This document shows positions 55,797-64,000 of a stretch of 64,000 bases of DNA, piece after piece. Source of the DNA: a virus (Duplodnaviria > Caudoviricetes); IMG/VR virus record IMGVR_UViG_2690315653_000003, positions 1 to 64,000 of that record. One strand, given 5' to 3'. The notes below the pieces were generated by a model. It was not told where the DNA came from. It made no database searches and saw only the letters and a program-made list of their open reading frames with translations. A program made the position numbers and the translations under genes. Within the stretch, counting starts at the first letter, position 1, and every line of letters starts with the position of its first letter.

Positions 55797-56477
55797 TCAT
55801 GACAGATATTTTCCTGGTCTCATTGAAAAGTTGATCTCCTTTTCCAAATCGGCTATAATCCTGTATGCTTCTGGATCATACTGTTTTACTTCAGATAAAT
55901 CATGATCGTTCATAAAAATACATATCCTACAGCTGAACCTGCGAAGATGCCTGTAGATAGGATGAAGGGGTATATTCCTTTTTTCCAGGTAATCAAGTAC
56001 TTCCATTTCATTCCAGTGATGAATCGGAAGCCAGTCCCAAACAGTTCTTTTGCTATTGGTTAAAGCTTTATTTCTTTTCAGAGGATTTAATTTGCCTCTT
56101 GACCTGCTTTCCTGAGCTCTCATTCCCATACAATTGATTATTGTAGTGGACTTTATATTCCTGCGAATCCATGTCTGTATAGGGCCTCTTTTTAAGTCTG
56201 AGGTGCATTGCCTGGTTGTCGCTGATGGGAATTTTCGACGCTTTCGGATCATAGATAAAAAGGTTTTATTTTCATTACGACAAACATCCAGCTGCAAACC
56301 CATTAATGCCACAATTTTCTTGCACCACTCTACCGCATCTTTATGCTCCCAGCCAGTATCGGCCATAATAATTCTCTTTTTTACTTGAGGGTAGTGCTCA
56401 CAAAGATAGGCCAGCATTGCAGAGGAGTCTTTTCCTCCTGAGAAATTGATAACTAATTCAATATTTTGATGTTTCAT
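55797..56477 (-). CDS. PAPS reductase/DndC-family adenine nucleotide alpha-hydrolase
   Basis: FSGGKDS PP-loop, ADTGWEH, RQCT..LK..P, GMRAQES..R, LPIHHW, HPIY, RFSCRIC. Confidence 0.88.
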   Translation of the reverse strand: MKHQNIELVINFSGGKDSSAMLAYLCEHYPQVKKRIIMADTGWEHKDAVEWCKKIVALMGLQLDVCRNENKTFLSMIRKRRKFPSATTRQCTSDLKRGPIQTWIRRNIKSTTIINCMGMRAQESRSRGKLNPLKRNKALTNSKRTVWDWLPIHHWNEMEVLDYLEKRNIPLHPIYRHLRRFSCRICIFMNDHDLSEVKQYDPEAYRIIADLEKEINFSMRPGKYLS

Positions 56478-56488
56478 TGGCTATAGAT

Positions 56489-56530
56489 AAAAAAGGCCGA
56501 TAGCAGGAATAAATCCGCTACCGGCCTTTT
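56489..56530. terminator. Bidirectional intrinsic terminator
   Basis: A6-GGCCG-A-TAGC...GCTA-C-CGGCC-T4 hairpin. Confidence 0.75.
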
Positions 56531-56532
56531 GA

Positions 56533-56883
56533 TTATAATACGAAGACCACGAGGGCCATAAGCTCCTCGAATTTCTTTTTTGCTGCAGGTACTTTATCTA
56601 TATCCTGCTCAATCTGCTGATGTATCTCAGGCTTTACCATCATTATATTCCATTTACAATACCGAAACTGGGGATATTTTGCCTTTGGCAATAAATGATG
56701 AAACATTGTGGAAAGTGGTTCAGTTCCCAGTGATTGGCCAGTTATTTCACAAATCCCGTTGCGTTCCTCCCAGATTTCCTGATAAAATTCACTATCCAGG
56801 ATATACCTTCCGGATTGCTGTTTCTTTTTTGCCCGCTGTTTCTCGCTGATTGGCGAGAAGGGTTTATACCGTTTTAATGCCAT
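56533..56883 (-). CDS. HNH/NinG-like endonuclease
   Basis: CEITG...FHHLLPK..YP...NI......H. Confidence 0.65.
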   Translation of the reverse strand: MALKRYKPFSPISEKQRAKKKQQSGRYILDSEFYQEIWEERNGICEITGQSLGTEPLSTMFHHLLPKAKYPQFRYCKWNIMMVKPEIHQQIEQDIDKVPAAKKKFEELMALVVFVL

Positions 56884-56885
56884 AT

Positions 56886-57272
56886 TTATGCCTCCAGTTC
56901 CATACGATATTGCTTTTCACGAATCAGCATTACTAGCACTCTTGTGCGTTTCATAGGCATATTGGTCATCAGCCAACTTATCGCTTTATCCAGCCATGCA
57001 GTTTTTATATCCTTAAGCCTTAAGACCATCAATTTTCCTTCTTTCAGCGCCTTCAGGACGAATCCATATTCCCGGACCGTTTCATAGTCATCCCATACAT
57101 GCAGGGATATAGGTTGTATCAGATTTATATCAACTCCAGAGAATTGTTGGTAGTGTAACCCACCATCAACAGTCGTTTTATTAGAACAACCACAGGTTTT
57201 TGCCTCGTGTCTATATTTGGATTCCACCACCATGCCACATTTCAGGCATCTGGCTGCATTATATACTAACAT
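56886..57272 (-). CDS. Zn-ribbon phage protein
   Basis: NAARCLKCG...H...CGC...VDGG. Confidence 0.7.
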   Translation of the reverse strand: MLVYNAARCLKCGMVVESKYRHEAKTCGCSNKTTVDGGLHYQQFSGVDINLIQPISLHVWDDYETVREYGFVLKALKEGKLMVLRLKDIKTAWLDKAISWLMTNMPMKRTRVLVMLIREKQYRMELEA

Positions 57273-57273
57273 A

Positions 57274-57654
57274 TTATTTGTTGCGTTTTATCACAGTTAC
57301 TACAATATTGTCTCTCACTTTAACTAAGAAATCGTCTACGGGGTAGGTGCCGTTGCCCAGCGTTAGTACCATGTTTTTTAACGAAGGCGTTAAAATCCTG
57401 GCTGCCACTTCAGAAGGTGGAAGAGGCTGCACTCTCTCAATGAATCGTAGAATAGCATGCTCAGAAACAATAACATTGTTACGTTTCATCAGCCGTAGCA
57501 TCTTTTCTGTTTTATTAATATTATTGTTGACTTCTCCTAATTGCTGATTTAGCCCGTTAATTTTAAACAGTATAATATCGCGCTCTCCATTTAGAGAATG
57601 CAAATGGGACTGTAGCCCTTTAAGAGAACGATTATTCACAACCACGTCATCCAT
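57274..57654 (-). CDS. Coiled-coil plus RelE/BrnT-like domain protein
   Basis: VSEHAILRFIER...IVVTV pattern after a coiled coil. Confidence 0.45.
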   Translation of the reverse strand: MDDVVVNNRSLKGLQSHLHSLNGERDIILFKINGLNQQLGEVNNNINKTEKMLRLMKRNNVIVSEHAILRFIERVQPLPPSEVAARILTPSLKNMVLTLGNGTYPVDDFLVKVRDNIVVTVIKRNK

Positions 57655-57664
57655 CTCTATCCGT

Positions 57665-58636
57665 TTATTTGAGGTTTATTACTTTGGCTTCCACCTCCCT
57701 ATAAAGCTCCTCATTATCTTCAAGGAGTTTTCGCAGCGAATCTTCTCCCTGGCCCAACTGCGATCCTGCATAAGAATACCAGCTTCCGGATTTTTGGATG
57801 ATATCGGCCTCGACAGCCAGGGCTATCACTTCTCTTATCCGGCTGATACCTTTTCCCCATTCCAGGTAAACCAAAGCTTCCTTAAAGGGAGCTGCCATTT
57901 TGTTTTTTATAATCTTTACTTTGATTTTATTTCCCCCGCCATCCTTATCCATCTGCGATCTTCTCATATCGATCCTAACAGATGAATAGAATTTAAGCGC
58001 TTCCCCTCCAGATCCAGTCTCCGGTGACCCATATAGTACGCCAACTTTTATACGTATCTGATTTATGAAAATGATAAGAGTGCCTGTTTTCTCTGCTATC
58101 GGAACAAGCATCCTGAGCGCCTGTGACATCATCCATGCCTGTCTGCCAATATTACTGTCGCCAACTTCTCCTTCCAGTTCTTTTTTAGGAACTAGGGCAG
58201 ACACAGAATCGACAACTATTACTCCCAGTCGGCCAGATTCAGTTAAAGTTTTAACAATATTTAATGCCTGCTCCCCATAATCGGGCTGACTAATAAATAA
58301 GGTATTAATATCCACGCCCAGGCTTTTTGCATAATTTGTATCCAGTGCGTGTTCCATATCTATATAGGCAGCAGATAGCCCCATACTTTGGGCGCAGGCA
58401 ACAGTTTGCAGACACACCGTTGTCTTGCCAGCACTTTCCGGTGCTAATATTTCGACAATTCTTCCCCGGGGTAAACCATTAATGCCTATTGCCTGATCAA
58501 TTAATAAACTGCCGGTACTGACAACCGGAACAATAGCTCCTTTTTCATTGGCAGTAATAATGGTGCCTTTGCCATATGTTTTATTAATCCTTAACATCAC
58601 TTCCTGCAGCGCAGGGCCTTTCTCTTCAGAAATCAT
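57665..58636 (-). CDS. recA: RecA recombinase (phage-encoded)
   Basis: STGS..D.A.G..GLPRGRIVEI, PESAGKTT, IDMEHALD, VVDSVSAL, FINQIR, GGEALKFYSSVR, KNKMAAPF, KSGSWYSY. Confidence 0.96.
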   Translation of the reverse strand: MISEEKGPALQEVMLRINKTYGKGTIITANEKGAIVPVVSTGSLLIDQAIGINGLPRGRIVEILAPESAGKTTVCLQTVACAQSMGLSAAYIDMEHALDTNYAKSLGVDINTLFISQPDYGEQALNIVKTLTESGRLGVIVVDSVSALVPKKELEGEVGDSNIGRQAWMMSQALRMLVPIAEKTGTLIIFINQIRIKVGVLYGSPETGSGGEALKFYSSVRIDMRRSQMDKDGGGNKIKVKIIKNKMAAPFKEALVYLEWGKGISRIREVIALAVEADIIQKSGSWYSYAGSQLGQGEDSLRKLLEDNEELYREVEAKVINLK

Positions 58637-58743
58637 TTTACTGGGTTAAGTTTGGGTCTTACCGGAAGTGCGCCGGCACTTAAAAAAGGGGATCTATATT
58701 ATTGGATTACAAAATGGGATCAGTAAAGGGGAATATGCTGTGA

Positions 58744-59163
58744 TTATTTATCCAGATAATATGTATGATTTTTTTCGATAAATTCCATTATTTCCAATAG
58801 CACTATACTGGTTAATGGCTCGCTTTCTAACTGATTTTCAAATTTCCGATAGGAGTTTATGATGGTAGTATGTTCTTTGCCGGTATATCCTGCCAGCTTC
58901 AGAAGGGAATAGCCTGCCTTTACCATGATAAAGTATATCAATCCACGCCTGAAAATAAATTGAGATCTGCGTGATTCTGTAAAGACTTGCTCCCAGCTCC
59001 AGTCAGCGGCATCCAATATCATATTTATAACAATGGGCATTTCAATCTGAATCGGTAGCTGGCATGCTGACTCCCACCTGCTGCATACAGTGATCTTGAG
59101 ATTTTTCCCTGTCTTAGTGGTAAAATCCTTTTTGTATCCGGCTATAAGATCATACTCTTTCAT
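58744..59163 (-). CDS. Stand-alone DnaA domain IV-like HTH protein
   Basis: SRR...R...Y....SL..LA...GKEHTTIINS matches the DnaA C-terminal SR...R...Y...SL..IG..GRDHTTV pattern. Confidence 0.7.
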   Translation of the reverse strand: MKEYDLIAGYKKDFTTKTGKNLKITVCSRWESACQLPIQIEMPIVINMILDAADWSWEQVFTESRRSQFIFRRGLIYFIMVKAGYSLLKLAGYTGKEHTTIINSYRKFENQLESEPLTSIVLLEIMEFIEKNHTYYLDK

Positions 59164-59533
59164 TGTGATGAGCTATCGGGTTACTTTCAAGGATTTGAAA
59201 TGCTGCTAACATACCTTCTTCCTCCGCCAGTATTCTGTCTCCATATTTTTTCTCATGGACAGAGACTACATCAGAGGTTACTTTGTATTGCCAGATACCA
59301 TCAGCCTCCCAGAGGACACATATCCGTATTTGTATTTCATCAAAAAAATCGTAGAGAAATCTTCCTGGGCTGTTAAATAACAATGCTCTGATAGATCGTT
59401 CAATATCTTTTATTGAAAAATCTATACTCGGGATAGTTGATATCTGCGATTTTTCTTCATACCATTTGAGCATCCTATTATAGGCACCAGGACAATTTTC
59501 TATTATATAGTTCACTTTTGCTGCGTCCATCAC
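59150..59533 (-). CDS. Hypothetical phage protein
   Basis: Overlaps both neighbours in the operon; FLYDFFD, AFQILE. Confidence 0.6.
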   Translation of the reverse strand: MMDAAKVNYIIENCPGAYNRMLKWYEEKSQISTIPSIDFSIKDIERSIRALLFNSPGRFLYDFFDEIQIRICVLWEADGIWQYKVTSDVVSVHEKKYGDRILAEEEGMLAAFQILESNPIAHHNERV

Positions 59534-60093
59534 TGTTTATTTAATTTTTTACGGATTGACTCAATATTTAGTGTTTCTCGCTTTATATCTGGAATAGACC
59601 AACATTCGTCCGCAAGTACGTCATCAACTATTTCTTCCATCGTTGCGATAAAAGCGGGAACTTTAAATATTACCATTAGCTGCAATGACATGTTAACAAC
59701 ATTGGATCCATCCGGTGATTTTTCATAAGCAGGAAGAAGAGGGACATATTCCGGGCTGAACTTAGAATACTCTCCTTTTATAAATCGCCGGTATACCCTT
59801 TCGAAACTGGTTGGAAATTTATAAACAAGGACAACAAATCCGCCGGCATAATCATAGTCGGCCAGGATTCCAGTATTGTCTTTATATTCTTTATCTACAA
59901 ATTCCTGAAAGCTTTCAAATTCAGGTGGCATAAAAAGCAGGTATACAGGATATTTACAAGGAGCATCCTTTCCGGTTTCTTTCAGGAAACCGTTAATGAA
60001 TCCGTACTTACTCTTTACATCTTCTACATTAATACTCAACCCCGGCACCAGAAACAACGTTGTGTTTGTTGATTTCCCCACTATCATCAGCAT
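59530..60093 (-). CDS. Hypothetical phage protein
   Basis: TLFLVP, FIKGEYSKFS; operon-embedded. Confidence 0.6.
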   Translation of the reverse strand: MLMIVGKSTNTTLFLVPGLSINVEDVKSKYGFINGFLKETGKDAPCKYPVYLLFMPPEFESFQEFVDKEYKDNTGILADYDYAGGFVVLVYKFPTSFERVYRRFIKGEYSKFSPEYVPLLPAYEKSPDGSNVVNMSLQLMVIFKVPAFIATMEEIVDDVLADECWSIPDIKRETLNIESIRKKLNKQ

Positions 60094-61135
60094 AAATTTT
60101 TATGGTACAATCACCTTTGTTTTCAAAATTTCGCATAGATATATCCCAGATTTCTGAGTCTCTATGCCATTTAAGGGCTGAAATGGCTTCGTTGACACCC
60201 ATATACCATTTGTTTCCATCGGCAAATCCATCTCTGGCATTAATCATGTTTCCTTTTCCGATTCTGAAAATAAGAGGAGCAATTTGGGCTTTAGAATGAG
60301 CGACAATAAACCGCATGGGTATGATGCGATAATTTCCATATCCATTTTCTTTTGCCCACTGGCGAATGGCCATGTAATACAGAAATGCCTGTATGTAGTA
60401 TCTGAATTTGCGATAGGAGAAGTTAAATAGCTCAACATCGAAAGTGACCTTCAGGTCAAATATTTCAATAATTTTCAAGTCATGATCTACGGAGACCATA
60501 TCCAATTTGGACTTCATTTTTATTCCCAGATATTCATAGAGTACTACCAGCTGATAGTGAATATTATATCTTTCGTTAGACTTACGACATACGATATTTG
60601 ACGTTTTCCAATGTTTCTGAAGCTGCGCTATACAATTGTCTGCATATTTCAGGTCGGTAGGTCCTACCAGATATTTGTCAGAATTGGCCAGCATTTCTTT
60701 ATAGTAACGTTCCTGTTCACTACCCTCAAACTCCATAAGAACTGTTTCATACGACGTTTTCTTGAGTTTTTCTCTAATACCCTTTGAATTGAACGCGACT
60801 GCATTGAAGGCATCGGCTAATAATTCAGTAAAATCCCTCGTAACAACCCCTTCCGGTGATAGAGCAGCAATGGTATAATTGTACAATTTTTCTATTACCT
60901 CACCCATTTGTCCCTTAGGCTTATTATTTGTTGCCTCTTTAAATAATTCATGATAAACATCCGGCGTCCAAAGTTTAGTTTCTACCAATGTTCCAAATGT
61001 CATATCATAGGTTTGCTCCTCCACTTTTCTTATTCTCAGCTCATGTTTTTCATAGTATTTCCACCGGTCTTCTATAAAATCTTTCAGTGAACTGTACGAT
61101 AATCTGTTTATCGCCCTATACTCTCTTTCTGTCAT
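60029..61135 (-). CDS. PD-(D/E)XK exonuclease (RecE/ExoVIII-like)
   Basis: LSYSSLK, FGTLVE, KSKLD, IFDLK, YYIQAFLY; likely start MTEREY at 61135. Confidence 0.8.
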   Translation of the reverse strand: MTEREYRAINRLSYSSLKDFIEDRWKYYEKHELRIRKVEEQTYDMTFGTLVETKLWTPDVYHELFKEATNNKPKGQMGEVIEKLYNYTIAALSPEGVVTRDFTELLADAFNAVAFNSKGIREKLKKTSYETVLMEFEGSEQERYYKEMLANSDKYLVGPTDLKYADNCIAQLQKHWKTSNIVCRKSNERYNIHYQLVVLYEYLGIKMKSKLDMVSVDHDLKIIEIFDLKVTFDVELFNFSYRKFRYYIQAFLYYMAIRQWAKENGYGNYRIIPMRFIVAHSKAQIAPLIFRIGKGNMINARDGFADGNKWYMGVNEAISALKWHRDSEIWDISMRNFENKGDCTIKIYADDSGEINKHNVVSGAGVEY

Positions 61136-61157
61136 CACTATTAGTTTTATCAGATGA

Positions 61158-61445
61158 TCAATTATATACCACAGTGGATATTGTATTGGGGAAAACCTCC
61201 ATAAGTTCTTCTTCATCAAGAATGTCGGGCCAGCTATTTTCCGCCCTCGTTCTGTGTTTTACATGCTTCCAGAACACGCCGGTATAGTAAAATATGTCGG
61301 CCTTTTCCTCAGTTTGCCTCCCCTCAATCTCCTTCCAGTTTCCTTTTGAAATTATAGATAGTCCCATCTGCGGAACAGGTTTGCAGGTCATTATTCCATA
61401 TCTGATCATATCAGGGAGGTCTGCGAGTCTTAGAATGTTTCTCAT
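61158..61445 (-). CDS. Hypothetical phage protein
   Basis: 95-aa ORF filling the operon gap with an ATGA overlap. Confidence 0.5.
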   Translation of the reverse strand: MRNILRLADLPDMIRYGIMTCKPVPQMGLSIISKGNWKEIEGRQTEEKADIFYYTGVFWKHVKHRTRAENSWPDILDEEELMEVFPNTISTVVYN

Positions 61446-61933
61446 GTTTCAAAAAATTTATTTCTTATGCAAAAAGCCATCAGCCGGCACCAATCATCAA
61501 ACATCATGGAAACAATGTGATGCTCCGGTGCTCGTCCGTCCAGCTTGTGAAATAAAAAAGTCATCCTACTATGAATTGGATCATCACCAGGGAAATTTTT
61601 AATAAGCTGTTCCTTTATATTTTTGAATATTTCTTCCGGCTTAGGTCTCGACTTTCGATACCCGGTTTTGAGTGAAGCATTAAAAGGAATGCCGCTTAAA
61701 TCAATACCGGAATTATCGAGCAGTCGGGACGCTTGCCTGGAAGTTTTACAATAATTAAAGGCAAATAAATCCCTGAGTTGTTTTGCAACCCATCTTTCGT
61801 AAGTATTTCCTTTCTGTTTACTGTTAATACGCTGCTTCCTTGGATATGCAGCATCATCTACGAGGGTAGATTTTTTCGGGGTTTTCAATGGATAGGGGGG
61901 ATTAACTAAATAAAAGTAGGATAATGATTTCAT
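61442..61933 (-). CDS. Holliday junction resolvase-like PD-(D/E)XK nuclease
   Basis: SKQKGNTYER.VAK.L, SR..SRLLD..GIDL, xLK. Confidence 0.7.
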   Translation of the reverse strand: MKSLSYFYLVNPPYPLKTPKKSTLVDDAAYPRKQRINSKQKGNTYERWVAKQLRDLFAFNYCKTSRQASRLLDNSGIDLSGIPFNASLKTGYRKSRPKPEEIFKNIKEQLIKNFPGDDPIHSRMTFLFHKLDGRAPEHHIVSMMFDDWCRLMAFCIRNKFFET

Positions 61934-61940
61934 TATTTTA

Positions 61941-62576
61941 CTACTCTATAACCTGGGAGATTAAAACGTTTTCTATTACATCGGTCGTAAACTTTTCAAT
62001 GTATTCCTTACGCTCTTCCATTGTGGAGAAATAAGGGACTTTCAAATGAACAAAGGACTCATATTCAGGGTTTTTTGTAAAGTGAAGGTTTATGGTTTGA
62101 CCTTTGTATAGTTTTCTGAATTTAGCATACAACGTTTTAAACTCTTTCTGTTTCTCAAATTTATTGCTGATTACAAGCGTAAAATGTTTGGATATGTGAT
62201 CTGGTAACAGTTCAGTGAACTCCATATAAAAATGATAGAATTCTTCAGTAACAGTGAGCATTGCAAGGATATTAAACTCGCTATCCATGATGATGCCTTT
62301 GCCGACATAATAAACTCTGTTTCTAATTGGAATTTTAATGATTTCAGATCCGTCCTGAAAAATCTGAATGACAATATCAGTATCAAATAATCTCTTGTAG
62401 CCATTTGGGCCGCTAGGAAGCGTTAAGTATCCCAGTGATGTAAAACATAGAATAAAGGGTATTCTATTGCCCGCAGAAGCAATGAATTTGCATGAATTTG
62501 AAATTGTCTGATCTGGAACCAAACTGATAGTTCTTTCACCTATCCGAATTGTTGATAGAAAATTTTGGTTCACCAT
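61941..62576 (-). CDS. Hypothetical phage protein
   Basis: 211-aa ORF directly downstream of ThiF; YYVGKGIIMD. Confidence 0.6.
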   Translation of the reverse strand: MVNQNFLSTIRIGERTISLVPDQTISNSCKFIASAGNRIPFILCFTSLGYLTLPSGPNGYKRLFDTDIVIQIFQDGSEIIKIPIRNRVYYVGKGIIMDSEFNILAMLTVTEEFYHFYMEFTELLPDHISKHFTLVISNKFEKQKEFKTLYAKFRKLYKGQTINLHFTKNPEYESFVHLKVPYFSTMEERKEYIEKFTTDVIENVLISQVIE

Positions 62577-62587
62577 GACTTTAATAT

Positions 62588-63334
62588 TTAATATTCTATG
62601 TCATACTTATCAAGTGGAATAAGGAATTCGTAACTAAAAGGGACGTTACGAATTATCTTACCTTTTTTTACATTGGACAACCAGTTCGTGATATAAAATA
62701 TCATGTGTGCAGCGATTCCAGCTGCGGTAGGTGTTGTTTGAGTGTAGGTACATGAAGGCGTATCCGATTCATCAGGTTTTTCCAGACAATTATTGTAATA
62801 TTTCTCCATTAGATCTGGCCTATCACCTGGTACGTTGTAGATCCACATTTGTTCTGCAAGCAATCTTCCGTCTTGAAAGAAGAACTCGCTGCGTTCGTGC
62901 TCAGGCGTTCTGTTCACATATGCAGCCCACTTTTCGAATGCGAGTCTTCTTACCTCTATTTTATCCGGGCCACAAAGCACAATTTTTGATGTTTCACTGG
63001 TACGGGTATACTCTCCATGTGTCTCTATTTCGCAATCCGGGCTAAAGGAACTGATTGTATTTTTTATGGCCTCTACCTTTTTTTGCCCTACATTAGTGTC
63101 AAACATAACCTGGCCACCATTATGGTCCTCGAAAATATCCTTATCGTATACATGAAGACGTACTCCTGTTCTGGAGAGTAGTAATGACAACCAGGACCCA
63201 ATCCCCCCCTGACCTATTATGACGATATCCCTTTTGTAGATAGCGTCAAACCAAAAGGCACCTTTAGACCTTCCATATATGGCAGGGGTGATCATTTTTT
63301 CACTTTCTGTTAATACATTATTTTCATTTGTCAT
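62588..63334 (-). CDS. ThiF/MoeB/E1-like adenylating enzyme
   Basis: IIGQGGIGSW, YDKD.FEDHN..Q, GQKKV, DGRL, PSCT (candidate catalytic Cys). Confidence 0.88.
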   Translation of the reverse strand: MTNENNVLTESEKMITPAIYGRSKGAFWFDAIYKRDIVIIGQGGIGSWLSLLLSRTGVRLHVYDKDIFEDHNGGQVMFDTNVGQKKVEAIKNTISSFSPDCEIETHGEYTRTSETSKIVLCGPDKIEVRRLAFEKWAAYVNRTPEHERSEFFFQDGRLLAEQMWIYNVPGDRPDLMEKYYNNCLEKPDESDTPSCTYTQTTPTAAGIAAHMIFYITNWLSNVKKGKIIRNVPFSYEFLIPLDKYDIEY

Positions 63335-64000
63335 TTTTTGTCGTTTTGTCGATAAGTGGTAAATAGGTGACTATTTTCTTTTTTTCCTTTGGATATGTCC
63401 TTAGCCGCTTTGGAAACAACCTTTTTAGGTGCCCGTGTTTTTGATTTTGGCTTTTTCTCAGCGATATTTCCTTCTGGGAATAATTGAAGTTTTTTTAATG
63501 CTTTGGCCTTACGAGGTTTTGGTGCCGTGGGTAATGATGGTAAAACAGGTTCCCTAGTTAGTTCAAAACAACGAGACCTGAAATCCTCGTCGATTTGACT
63601 TTCGTGGTGAACAATATTACATTCATATATACCTATAATCTCCTCTTCTGAATTGGTGTCGCTCATCACTTTAGTTGAATGCACTCCATTATTACCCAGG
63701 TAATTTAAAGTTGAATTTGATGTTGTTTTTTGGGTTGCAAAAACGCTCATCTTACCAATAATGTCATAGCTGTTATTTACAATAATTGATAAATAGTAAT
63801 TATGATTTGGCGCATTTATATGTATATCCTTTTTGTCAGTATCGGAAAAGAATACCGGCATATTGTTATGGGAGTGAATCATGCCTTGTCTACAATATCT
63901 GTTTAAAGGATTATCATCCAGGTACGTAGCAAGTTTTCCAGTGAAAACTGGTGCAGTCATCACTGAGGAGCCCATATCCATTAGAAGTACGTCTTCTAAC
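63331..64000 (-). CDS. JAB/MPN (JAMM) metallo-isopeptidase, 5'-truncated by window edge
   Basis: HSHNNMPVFFSDTD = HxH-x7-S-x2-D; frame stays open to position 64000 (LEDVLLMDMG). Confidence 0.85.
   Translation of the reverse strand, partial: LEDVLLMDMGSSVMTAPVFTGKLATYLDDNPLNRYCRQGMIHSHNNMPVFFSDTDKKDIHINAPNHNYYLSIIVNNSYDIIGKMSVFATQKTTSNSTLNYLGNNGVHSTKVMSDTNSEEEIIGIYECNIVHHESQIDEDFRSRCFELTREPVLPSLPTAPKPRKAKALKKLQLFPEGNIAEKKPKSKTRAPKKVVSKAAKDISKGKKENSHLFTTYRQNDKK

Larger units (their letters stand above)
653..64000. mobile_element. crAss-like (Crassvirales-type) phage genome segment, possibly a prophage; right end extends beyond window
   Basis: Gene order TerL-portal-scaffold-MCP-ring/aux capsid-IHF-tail tube-muzzle-cargo-giant virion RNAP (DFDIDK), converging with a RecA/nuclease/ThiF/JAB block. 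No integrase or att site seen. Confidence 0.9.

Noticed and set aside
2860-63045. Numerous 60-200 aa alternative-frame and antisense ORFs in the track (e.g. 20572..21171, 34147..34656, 14007..14438)
   Set aside because: They lie within well-supported genes and have no motifs; they are shadow ORFs
1-64000. CRISPR array, tRNA, rRNA, integrase, transposase, DGR reverse transcriptase
   Set aside because: No regularly spaced repeats, cloverleafs or relevant catalytic motifs recognised by eye; a tRNAscan/CRISPR scan was not possible

Overview
Almost the whole window is one large crAss-like (Crassvirales-type) podophage segment from a Bacteroidota host. Host clues are TAnnTTTG -7 promoter boxes, no Shine-Dalgarno sites and a T9SS-secreted cargo gene. 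The + strand (about 0.65-55.8 kb) carries the morphogenesis block in crAss-like order: terminase, portal, scaffold, major capsid, ring/auxiliary capsid/hub proteins, M15 endolysin, Cys-rich fibres, IHF-like protein, muzzle/tail stabilization protein, ejected cargo proteins, a 5485-aa virion RNA polymerase polyprotein (DFDIDK), two glycosyltransferase-like genes and membrane/lysis genes. A convergent - strand block (55.8-64 kb) encodes a PAPS-reductase-family protein, HNH nuclease, RecA, a stand-alone DnaA domain-IV-like protein, PD-(D/E)XK nucleases, a ThiF/E1 enzyme and a JAB/MPN peptidase cut by the window edge. Antisense insertions in the packaging module (a paralog pair; a secreted M4 protease plus lipoprotein) look like morons and hint at a prophage, but no integrase or att site is visible. 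The best candidate for a new system is two HPAT/SERGT-like (GT95/GT96-type) protein O-glycosyltransferases together with Thr/Ser tracts on putative virion surface proteins, suggesting virion glycosylation. All family assignments come from motif recognition and gene order; no database searches were run.
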